From Podarcis tiliguerta (Eukaryota), in the NCBI GenBank assembly GCA_965153285.1, contig OZ229112.1: a DNA stretch of 64,000 nt. One strand, given 5' to 3'. Positions 63,036-64,000 of the stretch are shown one piece after another (the stretch's first letter is position 1; every line of letters begins with the position of its first letter). The notes beneath the pieces were generated by a model. It was given only the letters and a program-made list of their open reading frames with translations, did not search any database and was not told the DNA's origin. Position numbers and translations under genes: made by a program.

Positions 63036-64000
63036 GCGTCTACATTTTTCAGAGATTCAGAGACCTCTGTGAAGATCCCATGAGGCCATTGCTATTATAC
63101 AGCAGTAAGCAGTGTTGCTCACAATTTCCTTTAATCTGATCTTACTTTGAGAGAATGCCAGAGGACCACATGGTATCAGCTTCACTGCTTCTCCATTTGT
63201 GTTATGCAGGCATCATTTGGTTAAAGAAAGATGCTTTGCTTAGGGACACTGAAGAGAACAGAGGACCATTGCCTCCATCTCTCTAAACTTTCCCAATTTC
63301 CTAATTTTCTTAAAGTGATTTAAGTCAAATCTCACTGGAGTACTAGAAAAGCAGAACTAAGGAGACTACCCATAGATCAAATAGTTTCTAAGCTTCAGGG
63401 TCCTCCTTCCACAGTTCTTCTCATAACATATTTTCTCATAGCATTTGATCTTCGTCATCTTTCTCTGGCACTGCTAGGGCCTTTTTGTCCAACAGAATTA
63501 GCATACTCAAATTAGCTCTGAGCCCCAAAGGGCCAAGCAAGCAAGTAGATTTCATTGGGGTTTTCCTCCAAAAGGCTATCAGGCTTAGACTTTAGTCAAG
63601 TCTGTGCATAGAAGGAATGCAATAATTGGGGGTCAGCCGCTAAGAATGTAACTCTTTGTGCCTTTGCTGACTGAATCTGCTGGGTAGATGGTATTTTGAA
63701 GATAGTGCCCAGAGTGGTGGTTTGACAGGGCGGAAGGGAAGACATTCTCAAGCAGCTTTCCCAAACCTCCAGATGTTTTGGCTGCAATTCCCATGGGCCT
63801 CAGAGAGCATGGCCAATGGCCAGCAGTGATGGGAGTTGTAGTCCAAAATGTCTGAGATTGGGGAAGGCTATGGTAAGGTATGCCAGCATTAGCTGTTTGT
63901 ATGCAATCCTGTGCCTGGTTTCCAAGAACTTTGTTGTTCCCTAAACATTTTAAGAGTTTACAGAATCTGGAAGGCTTTATTTGGACCTTTCTGTTCTACT

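Larger units (their letters stand above)
58630..63248 (-). pseudogene. Candidate decayed axonemal dynein heavy chain gene (tail region, DNAH5/DNAH8-like), intron-containing
   Basis: Collinear minus-strand motifs: EADTMWS (63146-63248), GLTWTSLIPDEY (62037-62071), KTSLLVKECFDILV (~61708-61749), EV/QQAVNSAA (61081-61112), VCQENSQI (60962-61034), ISVHTDAL and KYGRHL (60228-60322), EVPAFKKL (~59682-59717), VTG..V.GSSFK (~58631-58666); several GT/AG boundaries; many stops and frameshifts. Compared with DNAH5 from memory only. Confidence 0.55.

Noticed and set aside
1-64000. CRISPR arrays, operons, rRNA, endogenous viral genes
   Set aside because: No repeat-spacer arrays, rRNA-like sequence or viral ORFs seen; the sequence is eukaryotic and transposon-dominated.

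Overview
Vertebrate genomic DNA from a squamate reptile, probably a lacertid lizard (inferred from the Sauria SINE and Bov-B content). It is repeat-rich and I found no intact host protein-coding gene. Main contents: (1) a full-length Bov-B (RTE-clade) LINE at 368-3589 with an uninterrupted APE+RT ORF and a perfect 11-bp TSD; its first ~128 nt can be folded by hand into an HDV-ribozyme-like double pseudoknot that starts exactly at the TSD-defined 5' end; (2) seven Sauria SINE copies and a 5'-truncated Bov-B; (3) L2, CR1, L1 and second-family RTE fragments; (4) many hAT and Tc1/mariner-type MITEs and two probable solo LTRs, several nested; (5) at ~58.6-63.3 kb on the minus strand, decayed exon-like segments whose translations match axonemal dynein heavy chain tail motifs in collinear order (candidate unprocessed pseudogene). 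Most short ORFs in the supplied track are antisense shadows or chance ORFs. All homology calls were made by eye from recalled family motifs; no search or folding program was run, and coordinates of degraded repeats are approximate.
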